64,000 bases of DNA from the NCBI GenBank assembly GCA_963512645.1, contig CAUPNM010000021.1:12123-76122 (forward strand), read 5' to 3'. This DNA comes from an uncultured Albidiferax sp. (lineage in GTDB: Bacteria > Pseudomonadota > Gammaproteobacteria > Burkholderiales > Burkholderiaceae_C). The notes below the pieces were generated by a model. It was not told where the DNA came from and searched no databases. It saw only the letters and a program-made list of their open reading frames with translations. Positions 10,766 through 20,629 of the stretch are shown piece after piece. The position numbers and the translations under genes are program-made. The first letter of the stretch is position 1. The number at the start of each line of letters is the position of its first letter.

Positions 10766-12865
10766 ATGCAGCACCGGCTCTCCGTCGCCGTCCAAACCCC
10801 CGCCCACAGCGCCATCGCCGGGCCACTCACCTACAGCCACAGCGCCGCCCTCCCCCCCGGCAGCCTGGTGCGGGTGCCGCTGGGCACGCGCGAGACACTG
10901 GGCGTGGTGTGGGACGGCACGCCGCCAGAGTCTGATTTCGAGGTGCGCCCCTTAAGCGCCGCGCTCGACGGCCTGCCGCCGCTCAACGCCGCCTGGCGCG
11001 GCCTGGTGCAATTTGCCGCCCTGTACTACCAGCGCGCGGTGGGCGAAGTCGCCCTGGCCGCCCTGCCCCCGCAACTGCGCGAACTGGGCGCGGCACAGCT
11101 CACCCGGCGGCTCAAGCGGCCCGCCAAAGGAGCCGATGCACAGGCCGAAGCCGCTATAGTTTCTGCAGCACTCAGCGCCGAACAAACAAGCGCCATTGCC
11201 ACTTTTGAGTCCCAAAATGGGCCGTTTTTGCTGTTTGGCTCCACCGGCAGCGGCAAGACCGAGGTGTATTTGCAACTGGTGCAGCGCCTCCTGGCCCGCG
11301 ACCCCACCGCCCAGGCCCTGGTGATGGTGCCCGAGATCAACCTCACGCCGCAGCTTGAAGCCCGCTTTCGCGAACGTTTCGAGCCCCGCTTTGGCGCGGC
11401 AGCGGTGGTGTCCATGCACAGCGGCATGACCGCCCCGCAGCGCCTGAAAAGCTGGCTGGCCGCCCACGGGGGCACGGCGCGCATCGTGCTGGGCACGCGC
11501 ATGGCGGTGTTTGCGTCCATGCCCCGGCTCAAGCTCATCGTGGTCGACGAAGAGCACGACCCCAGCTACAAGCAGCAAGAAGGCGCGCGCTACTCGGCCC
11601 GCGACCTGGCCGTGTACCGCAGCCAGCTCGAAACCCGCCTGTCCCCCGATACGGAGCCCTGCCGCGTGCTGCTCGGCTCGGCCACCCCGTCGCTGGAGAG
11701 CTGGCACCACAGCCGCCCCGCCGCCGAGGGCGGGCGCTACGTACGCCTGGCCATGCCCAGCCGCATCGGCGCGGGCGCACTGCCCAAGGTGCGGCTGGTG
11801 GATATGGGCTTGCAGCAAAAGAAAACCGTGTTCTCGCCCCAGCTGCTGGCCGCCATCCAGCAGCGCATAACACGCGGCGAGCAAAGCATGGTGTTTTTGA
11901 ACCGGCGCGGCTACGCCCCGGTGCTGGCCTGCGGCAGCTGCGAATGGAAAAGCGAATGCCCGCACTGCAGCGCCTACCGCGTGTTCCACAAGATCGACCG
12001 CAGCCTGCGCTGCCACCACTGCGGCTATGCCGAGCCCGTGCCCCGCGCCTGCCCCAGTTGCGGCAATCCCGACATCGCCCCCGTGGGCCGGGGCACCGAG
12101 CGGCTCGAAGAACACCTGGCCGAGCTGCTCGCCACCGTGCGCCGCCCCGACGGTGGCCCGGTGGTGGTGGCCCGCATCGATGCCGACAGCACCAAGGCCA
12201 AGGGCGCGCTAGAAGCCCAACTGGCCGAGGTGCATACCGGCGCAGTCGATGTGCTGGTGGGCACGCAGATGATCGCCAAGGGCCACGACTTTCGCCGCAT
12301 CACCCTGGTGGCCGCCATCCAGCCCGACGGCGCGCTGTTCTCCAGCGACTTCCGCGCGCCCGAGCGCCTGTTTGCCCTGCTGATGCAGGCGGGGGGCCGC
12401 GCAGGCCGCGATGCCGCCCACAGCGCGGCCAGCGAGATGTGGGTGCAAACCGCGCACCCGCAGCACCCGCTGTTTGCCGCACTGCGCCAGCACGACTACC
12501 CGGCGTTTGCCGCCAGCCAGCTCGACGAGCGCCGCATCGCCGGCATGCCACCGTTCAGCTTCCAGGCCCTGGTGCGCGCCGAGGCCCGCACGCAGGAGGC
12601 CGCCCAGGCCTTTTTAACGCTGGCCAGCGCCGCCGCCTGCGACGTGCCCGACGTAGACCGCGTCACCCTCTACCCCGCCGTGCCCATGGGCGTGCAGCGC
12701 GTGGCCAACATCGAACGCGCCCAGATGCTGGTGGAAAGCCCGTCCCGCCAGGCCCTGCAGCGCTTCCTGCTGGCCTGGCAAGCCGTGCTGCGCGCCACCC
12801 GCAGCCAGCCCGAGGCCAAGGGCTTGATCCGCTGGGCGATCGACGTGGATCCACTGGGAATCTGA
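10766..12865 (+). CDS. priA: Primosomal protein N' (replication-restart helicase)
   Basis: GSTGSGKTEVY, VPEINLTPQ, VDEEHD, four CxxC pairs, GTQMIAKGHDF and DVDP C-terminus. Confidence 0.98.
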   Translation: MQHRLSVAVQTPAHSAIAGPLTYSHSAALPPGSLVRVPLGTRETLGVVWDGTPPESDFEVRPLSAALDGLPPLNAAWRGLVQFAALYYQRAVGEVALAALPPQLRELGAAQLTRRLKRPAKGADAQAEAAIVSAALSAEQTSAIATFESQNGPFLLFGSTGSGKTEVYLQLVQRLLARDPTAQALVMVPEINLTPQLEARFRERFEPRFGAAAVVSMHSGMTAPQRLKSWLAAHGGTARIVLGTRMAVFASMPRLKLIVVDEEHDPSYKQQEGARYSARDLAVYRSQLETRLSPDTEPCRVLLGSATPSLESWHHSRPAAEGGRYVRLAMPSRIGAGALPKVRLVDMGLQQKKTVFSPQLLAAIQQRITRGEQSMVFLNRRGYAPVLACGSCEWKSECPHCSAYRVFHKIDRSLRCHHCGYAEPVPRACPSCGNPDIAPVGRGTERLEEHLAELLATVRRPDGGPVVVARIDADSTKAKGALEAQLAEVHTGAVDVLVGTQMIAKGHDFRRITLVAAIQPDGALFSSDFRAPERLFALLMQAGGRAGRDAAHSAASEMWVQTAHPQHPLFAALRQHDYPAFAASQLDERRIAGMPPFSFQALVRAEARTQEAAQAFLTLASAAACDVPDVDRVTLYPAVPMGVQRVANIERAQMLVESPSRQALQRFLLAWQAVLRATRSQPEAKGLIRWAIDVDPLGI
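11153..11218 (+). repeat. Degenerate repeat copy in-frame in priA
   Basis: GCTAT-AGTTTCT-GCAGC-ACTCAGCGCCGAACAAACAAGCGCCATTGCCACTTTTGAGTCCCAAAAT; same spacing as other copies, AT-rich codons in a GC-rich gene. Confidence 0.6.
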
Positions 12866-12880
12866 TGACAGGAGATAACA

Positions 12881-12902
12881 ATGCGCATACCATGCGCATA
12901 AT
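12881..12902 (+). promoter_or_regulatory. Putative CcdA operator / -10 element
   Basis: Palindrome ATGCGCAT twice (12881-88, 12892-99), 11 bp apart, overlapping CATAAT (12897-902), just upstream of ccdA. Confidence 0.6.
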
Positions 12903-12922
12903 CTCCATGCCCAGGACTTTGT

Positions 12923-13177
12923 ATGAACACCCTGACCGCCCCGCCTACCGGACGCAAGCGCCCCGTCAACCTCACGCTAAGTGAAGACCTGGTGCAGCAA
13001 GCCCGCGGTATGACCAGCAACCTGTCTGCCGTGGTGGAGACCCTGCTGTCAGGCTATGTGCAGGAGCATGCCCAGGCGCAGCAGGCGCGCCAGCAGCAGG
13101 CCACGCAAACCGCACAGGCCTGGAACGCGTTCAATGACGCGGCGGGCGCTTTTGCCGACGAACACTCCACGCTGTAA
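12923..13177 (+). CDS. ccdA: CcdA-family antitoxin
   Basis: RKRPVNLTLSEDLV..AR....NLS..VE.LL (ribbon-helix-helix-like N-terminus) and W..FN...G.FADEHSTL C-terminus. Confidence 0.88.
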   Translation: MNTLTAPPTGRKRPVNLTLSEDLVQQARGMTSNLSAVVETLLSGYVQEHAQAQQARQQQATQTAQAWNAFNDAAGAFADEHSTL

Positions 13178-13184
13178 ACAGGGC

Positions 13185-13511
13185 ATGGCTCAATTTGACG
13201 TACACCGCAACCTGGGTGCGCAGCGGGCCCAGATTCCCTTTGTGGTGGTAGTGCAATCGGCCCTGTTCGATACCTACCGCCGCCGGGTGGTGGTGCCCCT
13301 GGTGCGCAGCAACAGCCCCGGTGCCGCACAGATCAAGCCGTCCCGGCTCAACCCGGTTTTCAGCATCGAGGGCATCACCGTAGTGCTCCACCCCCTGGAG
13401 ATCGTTTCGGTGGCGGTGGACCAGTTGGGAGCCCGGGTGGGCGACCTGCAAGACCAGGGGGCCGCCATCGCCGATGCCCTGGACGAGGTGTTTACCCGCT
13501 CCTGGGGCTGA
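13185..13511 (+). CDS. ccdB: CcdB-family toxin
   Basis: MAQFDVHRN..., VVVQS.L......RVVVPL, RLNPVFSIEG and I.DALD motifs; 7 bp downstream of ccdA. Confidence 0.9.
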   Translation: MAQFDVHRNLGAQRAQIPFVVVVQSALFDTYRRRVVVPLVRSNSPGAAQIKPSRLNPVFSIEGITVVLHPLEIVSVAVDQLGARVGDLQDQGAAIADALDEVFTRSWG

Positions 13512-14106
13512 CATACCCCGCCTGCTGCCCCACAAACCCATCAAACGCCGCCAGCAAGGGTTGGAAGCGGTCTGCATCCCCCTCCAACTGCGCCAGCGCC
13601 GCACAGGTCGCCTCCAGCGTGGACAGCTGGTCGGGCAGATGCGCCTTGCGGATGCGGTAGTGCGAGGGCGGCAGGCCGCGCAGGGCCAGGCGGGGCAAGG
13701 CTTGCAGCGGCGGGCTGCTGTACAGCATCTTGCGGCTTTTGCGCCAGGTGCCGTCCAGCACCACCAGGCGCAGGCGCGACGGGTTTTGCAGCCATTCGGA
13801 CGGGAGTGGCGGTGGGGGCAACAGGTCGGGGGCCGTGTCCAAAGGCGTGTCGGGGTACAGCAGCAGCGTGTGTTTGCCGTCTACCGGCCAGACCGGTGTG
13901 GCAAACGCCTCGCCCACCACGATGCGGCTGTGCGGCAGGCTGAGGTGCAGCAGGCGGGCGCTGCCCTTGGCCTGGTGCTTTTCCAGCGGGTGCTGCAACA
14001 CCAGCACTTCCACCACGTGGGCTGTGGGGCGCACCCATTGGCAGATGCAGGTGCTGGATGGGCGCAGGCAGTGGCCACACACGGGGCGATGGGTGACGGA
14101 ATCCAT
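13492..14106 (-). CDS. DTW-domain protein (tRNA-uridine aminocarboxypropyltransferase family)
   Basis: N-terminal CxxC...CxC, LQHPLE, LLYP, LVVLDGTWRKSRKM, Y.IRKA and LSTLEA motifs. Confidence 0.9.
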   Translation of the reverse strand: MDSVTHRPVCGHCLRPSSTCICQWVRPTAHVVEVLVLQHPLEKHQAKGSARLLHLSLPHSRIVVGEAFATPVWPVDGKHTLLLYPDTPLDTAPDLLPPPPLPSEWLQNPSRLRLVVLDGTWRKSRKMLYSSPPLQALPRLALRGLPPSHYRIRKAHLPDQLSTLEATCAALAQLEGDADRFQPLLAAFDGFVGQQAGYVSPRSG

Positions 14107-14141
14107 GGGGCATTGTAGGAAGCGACTTCACACGCATCAGG

Positions 14142-14207
14142 TACTATGGTTTTGATAGCCGCCTACGCTCACCGAATAAGCACGGGCGGCCATTTTTATT
14201 CTAAAAA
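14142..14207 (+). repeat. Dispersed palindromic repeat, intergenic copy
   Basis: ACTAT-GGTTTTG-ATAGC-CGCCTACGCTCACCGAATAAGCACGGGCGGCCATTTTTATTCTAAAA. Confidence 0.75.
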
Positions 14208-14222
14208 TTTCGACACAGCGCC

Positions 14223-16880
14223 ATGACAACGCTCCTCCTCCGCATCTCGCTGCCCCTGGCTTTTGTGCTGGCCAGTTGCACCACAACCACCACCAAGGTG
14301 ACCCAGGCGGTCAACGAGGCCCAGGCCGCCGCCAACGTGGCCACCACGGCGGCCATCGTGGCGCAGTCGGCGGCCAGCGCACCGCGTGCGCCCGGCGCGC
14401 CCCCCTCGCCCCTGCCGCTGTTTGCCACCGTGCTGCAGGGCACGCAGCGCAGCATTGGGCTGTTTCCGGTGTACCAGCGCGACGAGCGTTTCTGGCTGGA
14501 GCTGGGGCCGGACGACTTTGGCAAGCCCTTCTTTTTGTCGCCCAAGATGGCCAACGGCATTGGCGAAGGCGGGCTGTTTGGCGGGCGCATGCTCAGCCCC
14601 CGGCTGGTGGAATTTCGCCGCGTGCACAACCTGGTGCAACTGGTGGCGCGCAACACCGACTTCGTGGCCCCGCCCGGCACGCCCGAGGCCCGGGCCGTGG
14701 CCGCCGCCTACGCCCCCAGCCTGCTGGGCAGCACCCCGGTGGCCAGCCAGCCGCACCCCAACCGCCAGAGCGTGCTGGTGGACGCGGGCGCGCTGTTCAT
14801 CAACGACATGGGCGGTGTGGCCCAGGCGCTGGCCCACACCTACCGGCAAAACTACGGCGTGGACATGCGCAACTCGGCCATCCTGAAGGTGCGCGGCACG
14901 CCCGACCTGCTGGTGCTGGAGGTGATGAACCACTACGCCACCGCAGGTATCGCCCTGCCCGCGCCCGGCAGCAGCCTGCCCGGTACGCCCCAGAACCTGG
15001 TGGACCCGCGCAGCATGTTCATCCAGATCCACTACTCGCTGGCCCGCCTGCCCGCGCAAACCATGGCCCCGCGCCTGGCCGACCCGCGCATCGGCCACTT
15101 TGTGGAGGCGGCAGACAACTTTGGCGACGACCTGGCCCCCACGGCACGGCAGCGCTTCATCGCCCGCTGGCGGTTGGAGAAGCAGGACCCGCTGGCCGAG
15201 CTGTCCGAGCCGGTCAAACCCATCACCTACTGGATCGACCGCAGCGTGCCGCTGAAATACCGCGAGGCCATCCGCGCGGGCATCCTGGCCTGGAACCCGG
15301 CGTTCGAACGCATTGGCTTCAAAGACGCGATCCGGGTGCAGCAGCAGGCAGACGATGCCGACTTCGACACCCTGGACTTTGGCCGCGCCTCGGTGCGCTG
15401 GTCTACCAACAACCGCACCGGCTTTGCCGCCATCGGCCCGCGCCACGTAGACCCGCGCAGCGGCGAGATCCTGGATGCCGACATCCGGATTGAGAGCCAA
15501 AGCGTGCGCGCCACCCGGGCTACCGCCGTGCGCCGCCTGGAATCCACCGCCGCAGAGGCCCATGGCGACTGCGACATCGGCGCAGAAGCGGGCGCGCAAC
15601 TGGCCTACGCGCTCGACCTGCTGGCCGCCCAGGGCGACCTGGTCCCTGACAGCCCCGAGGCCGAGCAGTTCGTGCGCGACTACATCACCAGCCTGACGGT
15701 GCACGAGGTGGGCCACACCCTGGGCCTACGGCACAACTTCCGCGCCTCGCGCCTCTTCACCCAGGCGCAGCTGGCCGACCCGGCCTTTACCCGGGCGCAG
15801 GGCCTGGGCGGCTCGGTGATGGACTACATGCCGGTCAACCTCGGCCTGCCCGGCCAGCCGCGCCCGGCGGCCTTCCAGACCACGCTGGGCCCCTACGACT
15901 ACTGGGCCATCGACTACGCCTACCGGCCCATCGCTCCCGCCGTGGAAGCCGCCACGCTGGCGCAGATTGCCAGCCGCAGCGCCGAGCCCGCCCTGGCCTA
16001 TGGCACCGACGAAGACTTCTACCTCGGAGCCGACCCCGAAACCCTGCAGCGCGACCTGGGCGGCGACCCGGTGGCCTTTGCCCGGCAGCGTTTCGCCATT
16101 GCCCACAACGTGTTCCAGCGGCTGGAGACCCAACAGCCCCCGCCCGACCAGGACTGGAGCCGTGTGCGCCGCCTGCTGCGCGAGTCGCTGAATGACGCGG
16201 GCTCGGCCATTGGCATCCTGCTGCGCCAGCTGGGCGGCGTGCGCATGCTGCGTGACTTTGCCAACACCGGGCGCGACCCGGCCCAGGCCACGCCCACCGC
16301 CGACCAGCGCGCCGCGCTCGACCTGCTGCTGCGCGAGGTGCTGGCCGCCGACCGCTTCAGTATCTCGCCCGCCTTGCAACGCCGCCTGGTGCCCGACTAC
16401 CTGGCCCGCGCCGAAGCCCCCGCCAGCGCCGGGGATCTGCCCCTGGCCCGCGAAGTATTTGGCCTGCGCCTGCTGGTGCTCAACAGCCTGATGGGCGACG
16501 CGCTGGCGGGCAAGCTGCTGGACAACGACAGCCGCCAGGCCCCCGGCACCGACGCACTGCGCCTGCCCGAGCTGGTGCAGCGTGTGCAGGCCGAAGTCTG
16601 GGCCGACCTGAGCGCACCCACCATCGCCCCTGGCCCCGAGCAGCGCGAGCTACAACACGCCTACACCGAGCGCCTGGCCGCCCTGGTGCTGCGCCCCGCC
16701 GGGGCCTCGCGTGCCGATGCCCGCAGCCTGGTGCGCGGCCAGGCCACGGCCCTGCTGGCGCGCATCAATGCCGCCCAGCAGCGGCGCGACCACAGCCCGC
16801 AAACCCGCCAGCACCTGGCCGATACCGCCCTGACCCTGCGCAACGCTTTGTCGGCCAAGCTGGTCCGGCCCAGCAGCTGA
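14223..16880 (+). CDS. Zinc-dependent metalloprotease lipoprotein (EcxA-like, DUF5117/DUF4953-type)
   Basis: Lipobox LAS-C; PR.ADPRIG.F; W..AFERIGF; VDPRSGEILDADI; metzincin HEVGHTLGLRHNF with Met-turn SVMDY. Confidence 0.88.
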   Translation: MTTLLLRISLPLAFVLASCTTTTTKVTQAVNEAQAAANVATTAAIVAQSAASAPRAPGAPPSPLPLFATVLQGTQRSIGLFPVYQRDERFWLELGPDDFGKPFFLSPKMANGIGEGGLFGGRMLSPRLVEFRRVHNLVQLVARNTDFVAPPGTPEARAVAAAYAPSLLGSTPVASQPHPNRQSVLVDAGALFINDMGGVAQALAHTYRQNYGVDMRNSAILKVRGTPDLLVLEVMNHYATAGIALPAPGSSLPGTPQNLVDPRSMFIQIHYSLARLPAQTMAPRLADPRIGHFVEAADNFGDDLAPTARQRFIARWRLEKQDPLAELSEPVKPITYWIDRSVPLKYREAIRAGILAWNPAFERIGFKDAIRVQQQADDADFDTLDFGRASVRWSTNNRTGFAAIGPRHVDPRSGEILDADIRIESQSVRATRATAVRRLESTAAEAHGDCDIGAEAGAQLAYALDLLAAQGDLVPDSPEAEQFVRDYITSLTVHEVGHTLGLRHNFRASRLFTQAQLADPAFTRAQGLGGSVMDYMPVNLGLPGQPRPAAFQTTLGPYDYWAIDYAYRPIAPAVEAATLAQIASRSAEPALAYGTDEDFYLGADPETLQRDLGGDPVAFARQRFAIAHNVFQRLETQQPPPDQDWSRVRRLLRESLNDAGSAIGILLRQLGGVRMLRDFANTGRDPAQATPTADQRAALDLLLREVLAADRFSISPALQRRLVPDYLARAEAPASAGDLPLAREVFGLRLLVLNSLMGDALAGKLLDNDSRQAPGTDALRLPELVQRVQAEVWADLSAPTIAPGPEQRELQHAYTERLAALVLRPAGASRADARSLVRGQATALLARINAAQQRRDHSPQTRQHLADTALTLRNALSAKLVRPSS

Positions 16881-16881
16881 T

Positions 16882-16945
16882 TGCTATTTAAAAAGTAGCT
16901 GCTTGCGCCCTATCCATGCGCGCAAACCGGCAAATCGCTGCATAA
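16882..16945 (+). repeat. Dispersed palindromic repeat, intergenic copy
   Basis: GCTAT-TTAAAAA-GTAGC-TGCTTGCGCCCTATCCATGCGCGCAAACCGGC. Confidence 0.8.
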
Positions 16946-16959
16946 GCCCCACGGGGACC

Positions 16960-18528
16960 TTATTTCGTCAGCCGGAACACCCGCACGCTCTCCGACACCG
17001 CCTCCGACTGCCCGTGCAGTGCGGTGGCGGCGGCGGCAATCTGCTCTACCAGGGCGGCGTTTTGCTGGGTGATGTTGTCCATCTGGGTGATGGCATCGTT
17101 CACCTGCGCAATGCCCTGCTGCTGCTCACTGGAGGCAGCGCTGATCTCGTTGACCAGCGAGGTCACTCGGCTCACCGATGCCAGGGCATCGCCCATGGTG
17201 ACCTGGGCGGCATCGGCCAGGCGGCTGCCGCTGTCTACCGTGGCGGCCGACTCGGAAATCAGGGTCTTGACCTCGCGCGCTGCCGAGGCCGTGCGCTGCG
17301 ACAGCGCCCGCACCTCGCTGGCCACCACGGCAAAGCCCCGGCCCTGCTCGCCCGCACGCGCGGCTTCCACGGCGGCGTTCAGGGCCAAAATATTCGTCTG
17401 GAAGGCGATGCTGTCGATCACCTGGATGATTTCGCCAATGCGTTGCGACGAGGCGCTGATCTCGCGCATGGTGCGGGTCACGTCCTGCACCGCTTCGCCG
17501 CCACGGCGGGTAACGGCATCGGCCTGCGCCGCCAGCTGGGCGGCCTGGATGGCGGAATCGGTGTTTTGCCGCACCGTGGCGGTGAGCTGCTCCATGGAGG
17601 CTGCCGTCTGCTCCAGGTTGCTGGCCTGGCTTTCGGTGCGCTGCGACAGGTCGTTGTTGCCCTGCGCAATCTCCTGGGTGGAGATGGACATGTTTTCCAC
17701 CCCGGTGCGCGCATCGCGCACGATGGAGAGCAGGTTGACGTTGAGCTGGTTCAGCGCGGCCGACAGGCTGCCCAGGGCGTCGGTGCCCCGGCTTTGCAGG
17801 CTCTGGGTCAGGTCACCGGCGGCCATGCGGTTGGAAAAAGCCACCAGGTCGAGCAGCGGATCGATCGCCAGGGTCTTCAGCAACCAGCCGCCCCCCAACG
17901 CGCAGACAAGCACGGTGGGCAGCGCCACCAGCGTCACCGTACCGGCCGATGCCCCGCCGATGGCCACCCCGGCGGCCACGCCCACCGCCGCCAGGCCTGC
18001 GGCGACCAGGGTGAATTTGCCCGCCAGCCCCAGCCTGAGCGCCGACACGGTGCGCCCTGCCAGGGTGTTGATGCGCACCTGGCCACCCTCCAGGCAGGTG
18101 ATGCGCTGGCCCTGGGCTTTTTCGGCGCGCATGCGGGCGTACAGCGCGGTGGCGGCATCGATGTCGGCACGCAGGGGTTCGGTGCGCACCGACATGTAGC
18201 CGGTGGGCTGGGTGCCCTCCATCAGCGGCGTGACGTTGGCCCGCACCCAGTAGTAGCTGCCGTCCTTGCGCCGGTTCTTCACCATGCCCGACCAGGGCCG
18301 CCCGCTCTGGATGGTGGCCCACATGTCGCGGTAGGCCTCTTCGGGCATGTCCGGGTGGCGGATCAGGTTGTGCGGCTGGCCCAGCAGCTCGTCGCGGCTG
18401 AAGCCACTGACCTCGATGAAGTACGGATTGCAGTACCGGATATGGCCCTGCAGATCGGTCGTGGAGACCAAGGTCTGCCCACTGGGAAACGGATATTCCT
18501 GGTTTAGTATGGGTTGGTTGTTGCGCAT
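16960..18528 (-). CDS. aer: Aer-like PAS-domain chemoreceptor
   Basis: MRNNQP...[14 protein letters not shown]...[36 protein letters not shown] signalling core [30 protein letters not shown]. Confidence 0.92.
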   Translation of the reverse strand: MRNNQPILNQEYPFPSGQTLVSTTDLQGHIRYCNPYFIEVSGFSRDELLGQPHNLIRHPDMPEEAYRDMWATIQSGRPWSGMVKNRRKDGSYYWVRANVTPLMEGTQPTGYMSVRTEPLRADIDAATALYARMRAEKAQGQRITCLEGGQVRINTLAGRTVSALRLGLAGKFTLVAAGLAAVGVAAGVAIGGASAGTVTLVALPTVLVCALGGGWLLKTLAIDPLLDLVAFSNRMAAGDLTQSLQSRGTDALGSLSAALNQLNVNLLSIVRDARTGVENMSISTQEIAQGNNDLSQRTESQASNLEQTAASMEQLTATVRQNTDSAIQAAQLAAQADAVTRRGGEAVQDVTRTMREISASSQRIGEIIQVIDSIAFQTNILALNAAVEAARAGEQGRGFAVVASEVRALSQRTASAAREVKTLISESAATVDSGSRLADAAQVTMGDALASVSRVTSLVNEISAASSEQQQGIAQVNDAITQMDNITQQNAALVEQIAAAATALHGQSEAVSESVRVFRLTK

Positions 18529-18576
18529 CAGAGTCCTCAACGGTTGTGGATCGACAAACAGAGTTCCAAAGTGGTG

Positions 18577-20178
18577 TTACGGCCCGCCCGGCACACGCGA
18601 GGGCGGCAAGCCCAGGCCAGCACCCGTAGGCAGTGTGAACACCGCCACCGAAGCCACCAGATCCTGCGCCTGGCTCTTCATGCTGCTGGCCGCCGCCGCC
18701 ATTTCTTCCACCAGGGCGGCGTTTTGCTGCGTGACGTGGTCGATCTGGGAGACGGCCTCCCCGATCTGCGACACGCCCGCGCTTTGTTCGTTGCTGGCGG
18801 CACTGATCTCGCCCACGATACCGGTGACCCGGCGGATGGCGGCCACCACTTCGGCCATGGTGATCCCGGCTTTGTCCACCAGCAGCGTGCCCTGGGCCAC
18901 GCGGTCCACGCTGGCATTGATGAGCTGCTTGATTTCCTTGGCCGCATCGGCGCTGCGCCCGGCCAGGGAGCGCACCTCGCTGGCCACCACCGCAAAGCCC
19001 CGGCCCTGCTCACCCGCGCGGGCGGCTTCCACCGCAGCGTTCAGCGCCAGGATAGTGGTTTGGAAGGCGATGCCGTCAATCACGCCGATGATGTCGGCGA
19101 TCTTCTTGGAACTTTCGTTGATGCCCTGCATGGTGCTCACCACTTCGGCCACCACCTCGCCGCCCTGCACCGCCACCGCACTGGCACGCTGGGCCAACTG
19201 GTTGGCCTGGATGGCGCTATCGGCGTTTTGCCGGACCGTGGCGCTGAGCTGCTCCATCGAGGCGGCAGTTTCTTCCAGCGCGCTGGCCTGCTGCTCGGTG
19301 CGGGCGCTCAGGTCGTGGTTGCCCTGGGCGATCTCAAAACTGGCGTTGGCCACACTTTCCGAGCCTAGGCGGACCTGGGTGACCAGCCGCACCAGGCTGG
19401 ACTGCATGCTCTGCAACTGGGCCATCAGGCTGCTGCTGTCCCCGGCGCGCAGGCGGATCTGCACCCCCAGGTTGCCAGCGGCCACGCCCTGCGCCAGGGC
19501 GGTGGCGGTGCGGGGCTCGGCCCCCAGTTGGCGCACGATGGAGCGGGTGATGAGCGCGCCGACCACGGCCGCCAGCACCACGCCGAACAGGCTAAATCCG
19601 ATCAGCAGCGTGCGCGCCTGGTGGTAGTCGTGCATCGCCGCGTCGTAGTCCCGGTCGTTGTTTTCCTGCTGGAGGTGGATGTTCTCGGCGATCGCCTCTT
19701 GCCACAGCGTTGTGGCCGGGCCGGCCTGTTTGAGCAGCAGCGCGGTGGCATCGGCGGGTTGACCGGCCAGGCCCAGCGCCAGGACCTGGTTGTTCAGCGC
19801 GCGGGCGGTCTGGGCGGCCTGGGCAATCTTGTCGCCCTGGGCTTTGCCGGTGTCGCTGGAAGGAAAGGCCCCCAGCGCGGCCCAGGCCTTGTCATAGGTA
19901 TCGCGCGCCTCGGAGATCTTGCGCATCTCGCTTTCTTTGGCCGCCGGGTCGTCCAGCAGCGCAATGGTGCGGATGACGCGGGAGACGATGTGCACGTCCT
20001 GCGACAAGGTGGTGTTGAGCGCAATCTTGGCGTTGTTGACCTTGACCACATCCTCCAGGTCCGCCGCCACCGCCGCCAGCTTGTACAAGGCCAAACCCGC
20101 CGACAGCAGCGACAGCAGCAGCACCAGACCAAAACCAACGTTCAGTCGCGTGCTAACTTTCAAGTCGGAAAGCTGCAT
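18577..20178 (-). CDS. Methyl-accepting chemotaxis protein with four-helix-bundle sensor domain
   Basis: Two TM helices flanking a periplasmic domain, then the MCP signalling domain ([26 protein letters not shown]). Confidence 0.93.
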   Translation of the reverse strand: MQLSDLKVSTRLNVGFGLVLLLSLLSAGLALYKLAAVAADLEDVVKVNNAKIALNTTLSQDVHIVSRVIRTIALLDDPAAKESEMRKISEARDTYDKAWAALGAFPSSDTGKAQGDKIAQAAQTARALNNQVLALGLAGQPADATALLLKQAGPATTLWQEAIAENIHLQQENNDRDYDAAMHDYHQARTLLIGFSLFGVVLAAVVGALITRSIVRQLGAEPRTATALAQGVAAGNLGVQIRLRAGDSSSLMAQLQSMQSSLVRLVTQVRLGSESVANASFEIAQGNHDLSARTEQQASALEETAASMEQLSATVRQNADSAIQANQLAQRASAVAVQGGEVVAEVVSTMQGINESSKKIADIIGVIDGIAFQTTILALNAAVEAARAGEQGRGFAVVASEVRSLAGRSADAAKEIKQLINASVDRVAQGTLLVDKAGITMAEVVAAIRRVTGIVGEISAASNEQSAGVSQIGEAVSQIDHVTQQNAALVEEMAAAASSMKSQAQDLVASVAVFTLPTGAGLGLPPSRVPGGP

Positions 20179-20352
20179 GGAAAGCGTCCTTTCAAAGGGG
20201 GCAGAGGCCGTCCGCAAAGACATTGCGGCACGGGCTCAGCCTGCCAATCCTTCGCGATACGTAACCGATAGTAACTAGTTTGTACGCAACATTGGCCACA
20301 CTGTGGGGTCTTTTTTACACCGGTTTCCTCGCTTTGCGCAAGCCGCCCAACA

Positions 20353-20416
20353 GCTATATAAAAAATAGCTGGTTACGCCCATTCCACAAGCGCTAAAGGC
20401 ATAAAAAGCACTTAAT
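20353..20416 (+). repeat. Dispersed palindromic repeat, intergenic copy
   Basis: GCTAT-ATAAAAA-ATAGC-TGGTTACGCCCATTCCACAAGCGCTAAAGGCATAAAAAG. Confidence 0.82.
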
Positions 20417-20538
20417 CCATGGGGCAGCACCCGGGCCCCAGGCACCCCAGAAAGGGCGGCTCCCTACGGCGGCTGTGGCTGGCAACAAGCGGTAGGAGAT
20501 GGGCGCGCAGCCCTGAGCCAGGGCTGTACCCATATAGC

Positions 20539-20600
20539 GCTATGTAAAATATAGCTGCTTGCGCTTATGGAATAAGCGCTGGCGACCTAAAAGACTTAAA
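20539..20600 (+). repeat. Dispersed palindromic repeat, best-conserved copy
   Basis: GCTAT-GTAAAAT-ATAGC-TGCTTGCGCTTAT-GGA-ATAAGCGC-TGGCGACCTAAAAG. Confidence 0.88.
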
Positions 20601-20629
20601 AGGCTTGAATAAATCGCCTGTAGATGGGC

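Noticed and set aside
14196-15716. 506-aa minus-strand ORF
   Set aside because: Antisense shadow of the metalloprotease in high-GC DNA; no motifs.
16903-19627. Long plus-strand ORFs (534, 391, 426 and 284 aa)
   Set aside because: Antisense shadows of the two MCP genes.
20255-20275. Sigma28 (FliA) promoter for the MCP pair
   Set aside because: The CCGATA-like element is on the plus strand, the wrong orientation for the minus-strand chemoreceptor genes.
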